Part shown: in pieces, positions 34,900-47,399 of the stretch
Layout of the letters: each line of letters opens with the position of its first letter
Position numbering within the stretch: the stretch's first letter is position 1
Assembly (NCBI GenBank): GCA_002269645.1
Contig: NIVC01003782.1
Span: 1-64,000, forward strand
Origin: Macrostomum lignano
Taxonomy: Eukaryota
Direction: 5' to 3'
Length of the DNA: 64,000 nucleotides
Program-made: the position numbers and the translations under genes
The notes under the pieces: generated by a model
What the model saw: the letters and a program-made list of their open reading frames with translations, nothing else
What the model was told of the DNA's origin: nothing
Databases searched by the model: none

Positions 34900-35260
34900 A
34901 ATATAACCGAACAGGTTGGTTTTTTCTTTTAATCACTTGGCATTGGCAGTATTGAGTTGTTGTTCTAATCCACCTAACTTTCGTCTTATTCTCTTAACGG
35001 TGCTAGAGCTAATTTTGAGACCGAATTCTGACCTTACTCTTAGACAGATGTCACCATGCAACTGAGAGATGCGTCCCTCAGATTTCTTAATAAGGGTGTC
35101 AATATAAATCGCATGTTCAAAATCACACTTGGTTTCGTTTTCCCTTCGAGTGATGGTACTTCTTTTAGAAATTAGATAGAGTCGAACAGCAGACTGTGAA
35201 ACCCCAATGGTCCTACTAACGTCATTTACAAATTTATGCTCTTATAAAAACATTCTCCCA
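34900..35260 (-). mobile_element. Tc1-like transposase N-terminal (HTH) fragment
   Basis: Open stretch EHKFVNDVSRTIGVSQSAVRLY...LRVRSEFGLKISSSTVKRIRRKLG, then frameshifted TTQYCQ. Typical paired-HTH region. Confidence 0.55.
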
Positions 35261-35899
35261 ATGTCCATTTTTTGAGAGGATGATAAACGGTAACAAAGAA
35301 AATTCGTATACTCGTCAGACAAATGCTAGGGCTAATACTGCAGTATATATGCTTGGGACACACAGAACATATAAGAATTTTATATGGTCATTCAATACAG
35401 CCAGCCTCGCAATGCAATCTGCTTGAAAAATCAAAAATCAAAAATATAAAAACATAACTAGTTTCTGCACAAGTCACCGACTAGCTCTATCTAAAAATGT
35501 GTTGAAATTTAGGTTTCAGGCTACAGATACAGCTTGGCAATTCCTGATTGATTTTCCTGAATGGCCGCCTTCGAATATCTGGAAAGCGGATTAATCTAGA
35601 GACACGATTCTTTCTGCGGGTGATACCGACTGGCACACTCTAATGATGTGTAGAATCCCATAGCTGAGGCTACTGATACAGCTTGGCAAAAGCTGTACCC
35701 CCACCAACTGTCACCCCACCGAGTCATTCTCTCTCTGTTGCGGTTTGGTGGGGGAGGCTGTCAGTACTCTCCCAATTGGCCGTGCTTCAACCAATAGGAA
35801 CAAATATTCTATAGAATTCTATAGAATTCCAGAACAATTCTATGGAAAAATCATGTCTTTCCGTGAACCCAACTGCATACAATACTATATCTCAGGGAC

Positions 35900-35972
35900 C
35901 AGGGGATCTCCAAACTCCAGCCCGCGGCCACATGCGGCCCGCGAAGCCTCTCTATCCGGCCCCCGGGTCCTC
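35900..35972 (+). mobile_element. hAT (Charlie-like) terminal sequence
   Basis: caggggatctccaaactccagcccgcggccacatgcggcccgcgaag...atccggcccc resembles hAT/Charlie termini with GGCCC-rich subterminal repeats. No partner end found. Confidence 0.55.
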
Positions 35973-36029
35973 TAAAACTTCACAAATGCAATCCAGCCTG
36001 CTCAGGGTTTGTGCCTCTTCTCAGCTCTC

Positions 36030-36905
36030 TTCTCTCTAATCTCCTATATCTTTTCTTCACTCTCTTCTCTTCTCCACCCCGCCTTTTCCCTTTCCCTTCT
36101 CTCTTCTATTCTCTCCCTTCTCTCCTTCCGCTTTTCTTCTCCCCTTATCTTATCTCCCTTCTCTCTTCTCCCTTCTCTCCTTCCGCTTTTCTTCTCCCCT
36201 TATCTTATCTCCCTTCTCTCTTCTCCCTTCTCTCCTTCCGCTTTTCTTCTCCCCTTATCTTATCTCCCTTCTCTCTTCTCCCTTCTCTCCTTCCGCTTTT
36301 CTTCTCCCCTTATCTTATCTCCCTTCTCTCTTCTCCCTTCTCTCCTTCCGCTTTTCTTCTCCCCTTATCTTATCTCCCTTCTCTCTTCTCCCTTCTCTCC
36401 TTCCGCTTTTCTTCTCCCCTTATCTTATCTCCCTTCTCTCTTCTCCCTTCTCTCCTTCCGCTTTTCTTCTCCCCTTATCTTATCTCCCTTCTCTCTTCTC
36501 CCTTCTCTCCTTCCGCTTTTCTTCTCCCCTTATCTTATCTCCCTTCTCTCTTCTCCCTTCTCTCCTTCCGCTTTTCTTCTCCCCTTATCTTATCTCCCTT
36601 CTCTCTTCTCCCTTCTCTCCTTCCGCTTTTCTTCTCCCCTTATCTTATCTCCCTTCTCTCTTCTCCCTTCTCTCCTTCCGCTTTTCTTCTCCCCTTATCT
36701 TATCTCCCTTCTCTCTTCTCCCTTCTCTCCTTCCGCTTTTCTTCTCCCCTTATCTTATCTCCCTTCTCTCTTCTCCCTTCTCTCCTTCCGCTTTTCTTCT
36801 CCCCTTATCTTATCTCCCTTCTCTCTTCTCCCTTCTCTCCTTCCGCTTTTCTTCTACCCTTATCTTATCCGGCCCTTCTCTCTTCTCCTTTCTCTTCTCT
36901 CCCTT
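36030..36905. repeat. 55-bp CT-rich minisatellite, ~14 copies
   Basis: Unit cttttcttctccccttatcttatctcccttctctcttctcccttctctccttccg. Confidence 0.97.
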
Positions 36906-38002
36906 CTCTGTTGACTTTAAAAACTTTGACTTTATTCGGGCCTATCCTTCCGCTATATCATACTTGCAGTTTTATCTAGCTTAGGCCTTTCTTCTTTCTC
37001 CCTTTAGCCTGTGCAAAAAGAGGGCAAGAAAGAAACCATGGGATAAAGCGAATCTTACCCACTTAAACGTATTTCATGCATATCTACAGTTTCTGATCTG
37101 AGATCGAGCTAATGTAAAAAATTAAAATTCCAGTGCAGATTGAGTACGCACCATTAAAGGAATAAAACTATTTTAATCAAGTTTTATCTCTTAAAAGCGT
37201 TTATGCTTTTTGGCTACTGTAAGTAGCTAGCTAAGAACATTTATTTTTGCAGTCAAAAGAATAACTGTCTCATGATCAGCACTCCATCTCTTGTATAGCT
37301 GTGCAATACAGCGGTCTGCCCTTTTCAGCTTTTCATCAAAAGTATTAAGGGCAAAAAACTTTTTTGGATAGCAAAATGGCAATGGAAAGTAATTTTCTAA
37401 GGAGAAACTAATCTAAAAAACTGTGCTAGCAACTGCGGGCGCCCTTAGGCAGCAGGGCGCGGAGTAGGGCGTACTGTGTTTTCTAAAAAAAATATGGATT
37501 GAATAAGACGGTAATTTTAGGGCGAAATTTTATGTTCTTTGTGTGTTTAAATCTCAATAACAGCGAAATAAAGCATAAAGAAGGAAAACTTTTTTTGTGA
37601 AAATTCTGGGGGCGCCTTGTGAGCGTAGGTTGCCCACCGGCGCCCGACATTCTCTCCACCGGGTAGCTCCATCAAAAATGAGTAAGCCATCAGACAAGTA
37701 AACAAGTGATCGACTGCTTGCAGTCTACTGCATGTATGTCGATGTATTGAATTGAACTATAAATCAGTAAACAATCCAAAGAAATGAAAACGACAAATGT
37801 GCTGTACATTCTCTGTTATTTTTCAAAACAAACCCCAGCCAGCTGAGAATAGCGACAAGACAGATCGAAAGATATACATGTAAGGCTGGATTCGACATCT
37901 AAAATGTTCCATGAGTCCTTTTAGGAGGCTCTGGGCAGAGGCGGATGATTCCATGCAAGCATCACGCAGCCATGCAGTGAGGCAAACTTCAGCGCCGCTT
38001 AA

Positions 38003-38618
38003 CAGTAGAAAGACCAGGCTATTTTTCCCCATGGGGAAAGACCATGGGGGTGTATTACAAATACACACAACCAATTTCACCATAGCTCGCAAACCGAATA
38101 ACCGATTTTCGTAAAAGTCCACCATTTGGATCAAAATTTCTGCCCTTTCCAACGAATTAACTTTCATAGTCATCCGACCGACGTCAGCATCGTCGAGATA
38201 TTCAACGATTCTTGTCGAAGACACTGGTGGCAAGGACAACCAATACTACACTGTATAAATATTTATAGTGAATCCATATTGGCTCAATTATCTGGGTTCA
38301 TCTGTTGTGGAGGCTGACCTAGGCTGACCTCTACAACTGATATGCATAGTTTGTTGAGCTGACGTGGTTTCATGATGAGATTTTGTGAGCAGAAAAAATT
38401 TGCCAATGTTGGTGGTTTTTGTCACCAGACACCCCGAGGAGAATCGTTGAATATCTCGACGATGCCGATTTTTCGTGATTCTCAAAGTTGCTTCATCGAA
38501 AAGAGCGGAAAATTTTAGCCCGTGTTCAGGATTTTCATGGCAATTGGTTGAATATTTATGGAGATTCAGGCAAAGGAAAATGTGTGTATTTGAAATACAC
38601 CCCATGGTCTTTCTACTG
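38003..38618. mobile_element. TTAA-flanked foldback MITE (piggyBac-like target site)
   Basis: ttaa|cagtagaaagacca ... tggtctttctactg|ttaa. Internal inverted matches include gtgtatt(a/t)caaatacacaca and gcatcgtcgagatattcaacgattct. Confidence 0.75.
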
Positions 38619-38639
38619 TTAAAGCTCTGCTGGCAGCTG

Positions 38640-39350
38640 AGGCGTGGGCAGGACTGCTCTAAATTTGGCTGGCTATTAAGAAAACAAACAGGCCAATTAT
38701 TTTAAGCAGTAAGCTTTTTGGACAGTACGCTCGTACAACTCAGCTTGGCGTTGCTTCTTTCAGTTAACAAAGTACAAAAGAGAAAGCGTACTTTGAGTAC
38801 TCGTCGAAAGGTTTGTCCCAGTTGCGTCCACAGAATATAGACAGAATACCCGATCAGCCCTCTCGCAGAAAAATCTGCCGTAAAAAGTAACTTGCATCCA
38901 ATATACTAAAAATATTTAGCTACTTTTGTGGTGAAGAAAGATAGTAGTCACTTATACTTACGCGTATGCGGCTTAGAGTGGTTGTGCCATAGACGACTGA
39001 GACTGCGAGTACTGCGAGACAATGCGCTGCATATGGCAGCCTAATGGTGCCCAGTGATGCAGTGGTGGCGTCTGTTGCAGAAATGGAAGCGAGCTTTCAG
39101 GCAGCGCCGTCAGATAAATTCCACAAGCCGCGTGTTGGCGCCAGTGTTAGAGCTTTGTTTCTCAGTTCAGCTCGAAGTCTCATACGAACTCATTTTGATG
39201 AGCACAGCGAACTCTGTACTATTGGTTTAGCAACGCTGTACACCAATCTGAGGCTCCACCATTGGTGTAACAGTCAGCGAATTCTGGCGCAGAAGAGGTA
39301 AAGCGGACTTGTACCAGTGCTATTGAACTGGAGCAGCTAATGCATGTTGG
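38640..39350 (+). mobile_element. Possible degenerate DIRS-type tyrosine recombinase remnant
   Basis: Frameshifted GWLL...IILSSK...TVRSYNSAWRCF...TRSALS resembles the SAM-like N-terminus of the DIRS tyrosine recombinase. No catalytic RHRY motifs confirmed. Confidence 0.4.
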
Positions 39351-40163
39351 AGTAAATTGGTGAATTGTTAATAATAAGAATTAAATTATGTTTCAAATAT
39401 GCTATTTGTGTCACATAAATGACTGGTGACAACACCTGCCGTTTTATTTCAATTTGGGCACTGCCAAACCCGCTAATTTTCAATTATGAAGCAATATCTA
39501 AGCTTATAGAAGCATACACAGAGTCTACATATATATATAGACTCCGCTTCACCACAAAAGTAGTTTGTTTGCATATTAATTTCCAAACATCACGCGACAG
39601 CCGATCGGGCATTCTGTCTATATTCTGTGGTTTCGTCTGCCTTCCCTTGCTGGCACATGCTAAACCCTGTGTGATCAACTGTTTTTACCAGATATTCAGT
39701 TTATCGATAGAATAATTTCATTTTAGCATGAAAAGGGTGCTGCTGATTGGTCAAGCAAGCTACTTTGATCGATGATTTAAAAGACAGGCAGTCCTGAGCT
39801 GCTCTGACGCAGCACATTTAACTTTTATTCCCTAGTTTGACCCAATAGCAAGTTCTCTCCTCCTCTTTCTACGAGTACCATAACTCCTACTGCGCTCTCG
39901 TCCTCATTCAATAGAACTTGCATTGGCTCAATTCTCACCACCATTTAAGCCCGTGTTGCCTGCCTGACCCATAGCAAAGAGACATAGCCACAGCCAGTAG
40001 TTTATTGGCAGCAGTTGCTGTTAGCGTTTTAAGCTGTTAGCGTTACTAATAAAGAAGTCGAAACATTAGCTAGTAGGAAGAAAGTCAGTAAACTTAATAT
40101 GTAGATACATTTTGAAGCAAGATGAAGCAAAATTGAACGATAAAATCGCAGTTCTGCCTCACT

Positions 40164-42691
40164 ATGAATGTTTCAGCACTGCCAACAGCAAAAGCAGAGT
40201 GCAAAAAATGGAAATCAGCGATTTTAATAGTCTTCTTTCTTTTATTTGCCTATGAAAGCTATGTACAGCTTTCGAGTTTGCTCATAAGTACAAATGGTAA
40301 TAGAGCGATTCTCACCTTCCCGATCGACAGGATTTCCGACAAAGCAAGCGATCTGCAACCGTCGCCAACCGTTTGCACCAACCAGAGTTGCCGTCAGGCC
40401 ATTTGCATGGCTTCCCGCGATGGCTTCCCGATACCGAAAGTTCGGCACATTCTCTGGCGCAGTGAGTCCGTGTCGAAATACTTTGCAGAGCACCTGAAAT
40501 CCTGGCAAAGAATTCATCCCGACTGGACCTACGTCCTGTGGCGCGACCAGGACCTGGAGCCATTCGTGGCGGCGAACTTCCCTGAACTGCTGGACAAGTT
40601 CAGGACACTGAAGCTGAAAATCATGCGGGTTGACATGATTCGCTACATGCTTCTGTTCAAGGTTTGACAAATGTTTTGTGATTAAAAACGCTGAGAAAAC
40701 TCTCTCTAACCTCGAGTCTATTCAAAGCATCAAAACTTTGAAAAGATGAAAAATCCTTCAAAAATGCTTCAATGTCGGAGCTGTTATAAATACAATATGA
40801 ATATATATTGCATGCACGATAAGCAATTATTTAGGCCCTAGACAAACCTACTTGGAGCGTTCGGAGATTTTAAAGCTATTGGCCCTAATTGCCTATCGCC
40901 GGTCGGCGAGTCCTACCAGTCTTTCTCCAATAGTCACAGTACGGTACAAGAAAAGGAAGAACACAGGTGAACACGAACCGGAAGATTTAGAGAGTGATAA
41001 TCCTATATCATACAGACTGATAATTGGCTAGACGATTTAATTTGATTACTTCAAGTTACAAACTTCAAAGCAATTCGCGGCGCAGATAATTTTGAACTGA
41101 TAATAGCGGAAAATGATAACGAGACAAACGATTAATAATAATAACTTAGTTACGCAATGGCAAGCAGATCTCAGCTGAGGAAGAAGAGGAACCGAACACA
41201 GGACCACGGAGAAGACTCCTAACCCCTGGCCTAAACCAGAACCTACACTCAAACGAGAGCCCTGCCGAATTTACCGTTCAACGGAGCACTGACTAAGTTC
41301 TATCAGCACTGCCCTTCAGTGTGACACTGAGGCCCTCAGGATCGAGGCCACGTACTTGGTCAAATCCGACAGTCTCTAACTAGACCGCGCTTAATAGCGA
41401 CGACTGCAGACAGAAATTTGCCGTATCGTTACGCTACAAGACTGAAGCGGTCGGGCAGGGGACAAAAAATATGGACCGGGGTGATGAACTCAAGCGCCTC
41501 AAAGTGCGAACCAAAACAGTCGGGCAAACGGCCGGGAAGCTGGACAAAACCAAGAACCGGGGAAAGAAGGCGAGATCCGATTGCCAAACACCCTTTCATA
41601 TACATGTATAGTCAGAGTCAAACCCTCACAACCCCCCTCAAGCCGGGTGGTGGTCGTCTGGCCGGCCGCCCGCTAAGCCGAATTGCACTGTGCCCGCGGC
41701 GCCGGGTAGACTTGGAACTTGCCGCGTGCCAGGGTCCAGGCCGATCTTGATTGGCTGGCCGCGCAAAGCTGGGGTTCGCAGAAAAAACTCAACCCTCCGC
41801 TGAGTCACAAATGGCGTCTGACTTCTAGCCTGTTTACGCAAAATAAACCCTAACTAACAAGAAAAAGTACACCAAAAAACGCATGACTAAACTAAAGCAA
41901 AATAATAATTCAATAACAATATAGAAACTAACACAATCAATTAACTAACAAAATACACGCAAAAGATGCTCACACTACAGAGCAAACAACCTTTCGAATC
42001 CCCGCAGCTCGGCGGCACGTACGCGGACCTGGACTACAGCCTGACTCGAAACCTGGACGAGTTTCGTCGTTTCTACGCGGTGGTCACTCGCGAGCCGGAG
42101 CCGCACTAGCTGCAGCTGTTCGGACCTCACTGGCCCATAAGACCCTTAGCCAGTCCCGCCTTCCTCATGTCTGCACCAGGGCACAAGTTCTACAGATTCG
42201 TGCTCGACCAGCTGTCTCTCATTCGGCCGAACTGGGACATTCTCGGTTTTGCTGGACCAGTTGGACTGACCAGAATCTTGCAGCGGTACGAGGCCAAGCA
42301 TCCGCTGACAAACGACACGATGGAAGCGGTGTACGTGCCGCCATCGTTCAGCTTTTATCCGTACGAGAACAACTCGTTGAGCGGCGTTTCGAAAATGTTT
42401 CAAAACTATCGACTGTCCAAGATGAGCATTAGCTGCAGGAAGCTGAACGACACCAAAGACCCCAACATGCAGCTTCTCAGAACGGTGAAGAACCTGACGC
42501 AGTTGTGCTCAAACATCACTAATTACAACCCGGTCACAGACTCGTCACCAACTGTGTACGCCATTCACGACATGCGGAAGAGCGGCACGAGCTGGGGTGG
42601 AGTTCTGGGACGGGAGTACTTCTCTGAGCAGATCGATTTTGTTCAAGTCGTAAAAGGCATTATACTTGGTGCTAATTTTACGGCAGTTTAA
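40164..42691 (+). CDS. GT32 (DXD sugar-binding; OCH1/SUR1/alpha-1,4-GT-like) type II membrane glycosyltransferase, exons 40164-40661 and 42008-42691, with an in-frame TAG at 42107-42109
   Basis: N-terminal TM helix, IPKVRHILW, SWQRIHPDWTYVLWRD, RVDMIRYMLLFK|LGGTYADLD (DXD motif), MSAPGHKFY, GFAGPVGLT. Phase-0 GT-AG intron. Confidence 0.85.
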
Positions 42692-43964
42692 AAATCCTTG
42701 ATATTCCAACGTATCAGTTTTTTCGTCTAATTGCAATGATTTCATCTGTACTTCATCTGCACCAGAGGATGTATTTCAGGATGAGTTCTTGGACAGAAAG
42801 AAGCAGAAAATTATATTGAATTTTTCTCAGTAGGAAATTTGTACTAGAAGAACTAGGCCTATCAGATAATTTATTGAGAATTCAATAAACGATAAATAAT
42901 AAACAACTCAATACACAAAATTTATGGAAGAACACTTGAACACTCCAGAAAGCAAAATATCAACACAATTATTTATGAGAGCACGAAAGCTTTATTGAAG
43001 TTATTATCAGCAAAAGGAGCTATATATTTTTGTTGCTTTGATCATTGATGGTTTCATCTTTTAAAGCGTCGTTTTCATAAGATAATTGCAATGAATGCAT
43101 AAAAGTTCTAATAAAACGAAAAAATTGCATGTTGAACAAAGACAAGAATTCAGTTTTGATGTGCAGGCAAAAATTCTACTGTAAACAACGGATCGATACA
43201 TTATACGCTCATACATTGGTTACGTACTTACGCATCCTACATGTAGTTGCTATACATGTACTAGGATAACGAGCATACAGAAAGGCCAATGATTTAAAAG
43301 TGAGCGCTTATAGTTAGATGCTTAATATTGACACAATTTCTTGAAGATTAAAGCATTTATAGGTCTGGAGATCTGAAACAAACGTAATAGACTACAGAAT
43401 GCAGTGCAGATTCTGTGCATCGATTAGTGAACGGTTAAATATTTGCGGTTGTGCGAGAGAAAAACTAGCTGTATAGGCTAAGATTAACAAAAATCTAAAT
43501 AGCTGATAAAACCGTAAAAAATTCGAAAAATCTTACGATAGCAGAGTCGTACATGAAAAGTTTCTAACACGGTAGTGTAACGACAAGCACTCCTATAGTT
43601 CTGTATTTTTCGCGTAGGGCCAGCCTTTAAAGTTACTTTACTTTATGAAAGTCGTCTTTGTTGAAACTATATGAGCCTTTTTTGTTGCTGATCGTGTCGC
43701 AAGCATCTATCATCAATGGATCTAATAAAAAAGCTATTAAGAGCCTGTTTCTCTACACGTAACCAAGTTATAAACATTTTTGCCAGAAATATCGATAAAC
43801 TAAGTTGAGAGCTTTATTAAATTGTCCGTTTTGAAACTGAGCAATGTAGTTAAATCGTCCAACAACTCTATCAAAACTTCCCTTTCTGATCGTGAAGCAT
43901 TAAAATATTTGGAAAAGTTTTTCGATCCACTACTGAACACTTTATTGCTTCGATGTGGTTACTT

Positions 43965-44270
43965 TTACCTCACCAAACTCTGAAGCATAGCGTGAATCTC
44001 TCGAGTTTGATCTTCGACAGCTTTAATTCGCTGGCTCGTCAGATCATCCGCCGGCGCTCCTTGACGAGCTTCTTGTAGTTCTGTGCGCACGTCGGCGAGC
44101 TGAGCTCCTGTAGCCTCGGTGGGCTCGGCCAGCTCGTCCTGCTGGTTGTTCGAACCGAAGTTGGACAACAGAAGGCGAGGTCGAATTCGACGTAATTGAT
44201 TAGCCTGGAACTCTAGAAACTTCCTGTAGTTCTCTGGATATTTACTTTCGTCTTGCCACCAGTGCGCTTT
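43965..44270 (-). CDS. Orphan terminal coding exon ending in a coiled coil (loosely like a TRPM C-terminus)
   Basis: Acceptor ttttacag| then 101 open codons: KAHWWQDESKYPENYRKFLEFQANQL...RIKAVEDQTREIHAMLQSLVR*. Confidence 0.5.
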   Translation of the reverse strand, partial: KAHWWQDESKYPENYRKFLEFQANQLRRIRPRLLLSNFGSNNQQDELAEPTEATGAQLADVRTELQEARQGAPADDLTSQRIKAVEDQTREIHAMLQSLVR

Positions 44271-44519
44271 CTGTAAAAATCCCCGCGAAAGTCACTTTTA
44301 TATTATATAATACTTCTTAAAACTAAAAATGCGAAGTTTTTAGAACACGAGAGTTCTTAGTGGTCAGCAACATGAGGGTTCCGTCAATTGTTGAACTAGA
44401 CTCGCTTTTAAGCTCCTGGGCCAAACTTGAGTTTCGATCTTAAAGACTCAACGCTTACTATTGAGGCGACGCATCAAGTTGTCCCTCTGTTGAAATCTCT
44501 GAGTTGGCAAGAATTTAAT

Positions 44520-44780
44520 TCCTGTATTCTTTGACGGCGGAAAAGACATTGCTGCTGCGGAGGACAGAGGCTCTAGTAGAGTGCCATGCTTCTCACTTAA
44601 GTGCCGGTCTGGCCTAAAATTGGTTGAAGAGACTGCAGATAAGCAGAATTACTGCACGACGGATCGAGAGTTCCTTGCCATCGTGAGGGCTGTCAAACCG
44701 TTACGAGTGTACATGTATTTGGCCAGTATACCGTTTGACTTTATCACAGACCACTGACCGCTGCTGACCTACCTGAACAA
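44520..44780 (+). mobile_element. Gypsy LTR retrotransposon RNase H fragment
   Basis: KQNYCTTDREFLAIVRAVKPLRVYMY...FDFITDH*PL matches the Ty3/Gypsy RNase H consensus (NYSTTERELLAIV...TDHKPL). Confidence 0.75.
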
Positions 44781-44789
44781 TTTAGACAT

Positions 44790-45400
44790 ACAATTCAGAT
44801 CCTCGGGGCAGACGCGGTCGCTGGGTAGAACAACAGAATACGCAGTTAGCGTCACACGGCGCGTTTTAGGCCCAGGTCGCGAACGAACACGACGCAGCCG
44901 GCCAAATCTGGGGCGGTCAGCAGGCAGTCGACGAAACGCCGAGTGGGAAACGCCCTCACCGGTAGGGTGCCTGCAGCGTCAGCAACAGCACCTCCTGCAC
45001 CGGTCGTGGACACTCGGCGCGGATGATATGGCCTGCCAGCTGGAGTCGCCGACGGCGAAAAAGGTCGCTTGGACGAACCAGGCCAGCGCGGTAATACAAT
45101 TCCGCGTTGGTCACTCGCTCGTAGCCGATCTTGAAGGCGGCGCGTAGCAGGCCAGCGTGCGCCACGTTAACTTATTGCTCGAGAGAATCCGTCAGCGTCC
45201 AGGTCTCGGCGTTGTACAACAGGATGGTCTCGACCACCGTCTGGAACAATGCCGCCCTCTGGCGGTCATGTGGGCCTCGAACTGCAGGACTGCGCCCTCG
45301 CAGAACGGAAGGCAGCCGGCGCATGGACAAGCCCGGGCGCGACGCCGCGAATCTTCGCGGACTCCGGGAACCAGACCGCTAAGGTTGACGAACTGCTGCG
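44790..45400 (-). mobile_element. RTE-like LINE ORF2 3' fragment
   Basis: RQRAALFQTVVETILLYNAETWTLTDSLEQ*VNVAHAGLLRAAFKIGYERVTNAELYYRAGL...RRRRLQLAGHIIRAE. Confidence 0.85.
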
Positions 45401-46727
45401 CTGGGTACTAGAGCACATTCGTTTTCAAGCTGTGGGCCGTTCCAGTTTTTATATATTTAGAGGGCCCCTCGCCCCAACTTAGCCATACGCGTATGGAGGT
45501 CGTGTGCAGAGGGGAGTGTTAAGAAAGGGTGACTCTTATTATACTGGGTATGCGCTTATTTCTACTTCACTTCGTCATAAAATCAATTAAATCGGAAGAC
45601 GCTTCTTAAAATATTTCTTCGGAATTCACTAATAGATTTCTCAACTAACCGTTAAGGTTGCAGGCTCATTCAAAGCTCGAACGAGCATGCTTCTCCTCGC
45701 CCAAAATCCGCGTCTATTTATACTAAAATTTCAGTTCATTTAAAACAAGAAGTTGAATTGCGAAATGCAAAATATTTTGAGAAATACGAGTATTAAAACA
45801 AATGTTTTCTAACACCAGGAATTTTAAAATGGCATAGAAAGTTAGACTTTCAAGTAAAAATAAAGAATAAAAAGAGGCCTTTTACAGCTGTATCGCACTC
45901 ATGGTGAATCAATAATATTAACATTATTATTGGTTAATCACAATAAATTTGAGGACTGGGGGTTTAGACTTGGTTGCTGGCGGTCGATTTCGTTCGCTTT
46001 TGGGTCGATTCAAACAAACTCGGGCGAAAATCTCTGCTTGCAGATAAATTAGGGGGAGCTCCGGCTGCTGAGTTCCTCAAGCTCCAGGGGGAGGGTAGCT
46101 GTAGTCGCGGCTGAGCGGAGCGTACAGGTAGGGTCCCCTCGTATTTTGCGCTCCAAAAGAGTCTGCTATAGGGTCCTACACGGTTGGGATATACATGTAC
46201 ATGTAGGGTCCAAACAAGAGTCGGGGCTTCCAAGACGTCGAGAGTCTAGCCGAGAGAGGAGGGGCGCAGACTCTAGCTTAAATATAGCTCTCATGAGCCA
46301 GCGGGAGGAAAAGGGGTTACCCCGGGTGGGAAGAGCATTACACGCAAATGAAAAGATCGAGTAGACCGGGTGGTGATCATTAAACACCGGGTGTATCCCT
46401 ATTTAGAGCACATTAAAACAAAAGTTAACGGGGAGTGGTCCAGCCCGAAATACACTAGAAGAAAAAGGATTTCTACACAGGGAAATGACGTAAAACTGCG
46501 CGATCCGCACGGGGAAAAAGAAGCGTTACTCTCAGTGGAAGGAGTGGAGGCCTCGCCTACTACCACAATAATAACACTATTCTTATTGGTCAATAACAAT
46601 CAATAGTTACGCTCGTATTAATTGATCCACATCAGCCGCAGTCGGGTTGCAAAGTTGTAAAGCCGGAGAAAGAATTTCAGCATGCAGTCAGTAGCGATTT
46701 TTGTCATGCTACCGTTAGGCAACCTAC

Positions 46728-46862
46728 CAGAGACCGGCATAAACTGTGCCTCCCAAGAAGCAACGATTGGACTGTACGTGACAGTCGGTCTGTTGCTGAG
46801 GAGCTGCTCGCTGATATCGTCTGCTGACATAATTGCTGGAGTTTTGCAGTTCTGGAGTCTAT
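46728..46862 (-). CDS. Candidate internal exon (phase 0-0) upstream of the 43965-44270 exon
   Basis: cttcag|ATA...CTG|gtaggt encloses 45 open codons, IDSRTAKLQQLC...GRHSLCRSL. Confidence 0.35.
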
Positions 46863-47399
46863 CTGAAGCGCTGATTTAAGATAGATGTCAAAAGATCGAG
46901 CCGCGTGTGGTATATATGGTGTAATGTATATGGTATGTATCTCTGGATTTATTTGAAAAAAATCCAACTCCAAGAAAATAACTTCTGCTTTCTTTCTGTA
47001 TAATTCTGCTTGTTTCCTATCCAATAAGCAGAAATTATTTTTGCTATATTTGCTATATTTGGCTGAGCGATGCTATATTTTCTATTTATGTGTGCATTGA
47101 GCCGGTGCAGTGAGACATTTATGTCCCCGCAGTCGGGTTCCAGAACAATAGATAATAGCATGCTAAGTGTATCACTTACTTCGAACATAAGTGTATCACA
47201 TACTTCGAAAATGTAATGAGCTCTTCATGAGCGAGCAAAGAGGGGAATGCCACGGCTGTTCTGTGGCACAGCGTATGGCTTCTAGCAGTAGTAAAAATAG
47301 AAAATTGTACTGTTTTTCTATTTTCAAATCTTTTACATTGTACTGCTTGCTGTAATTCACTTACTCTAATATTCTATAAGCATTCTGAGTCCGATGTTG

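Noticed and set aside
41640-41830. GC-rich stretch in the glycosyltransferase intron as an HDV-like ribozyme
   Set aside because: I could not assign consistent P1/P2/P3 pairings. Probably a TE 5' remnant.
46370-46606. KTKVNGEWSSP peptide resembling a LINE RT segment
   Set aside because: The QG..LSP and YADD motifs are absent. Too weak to call.
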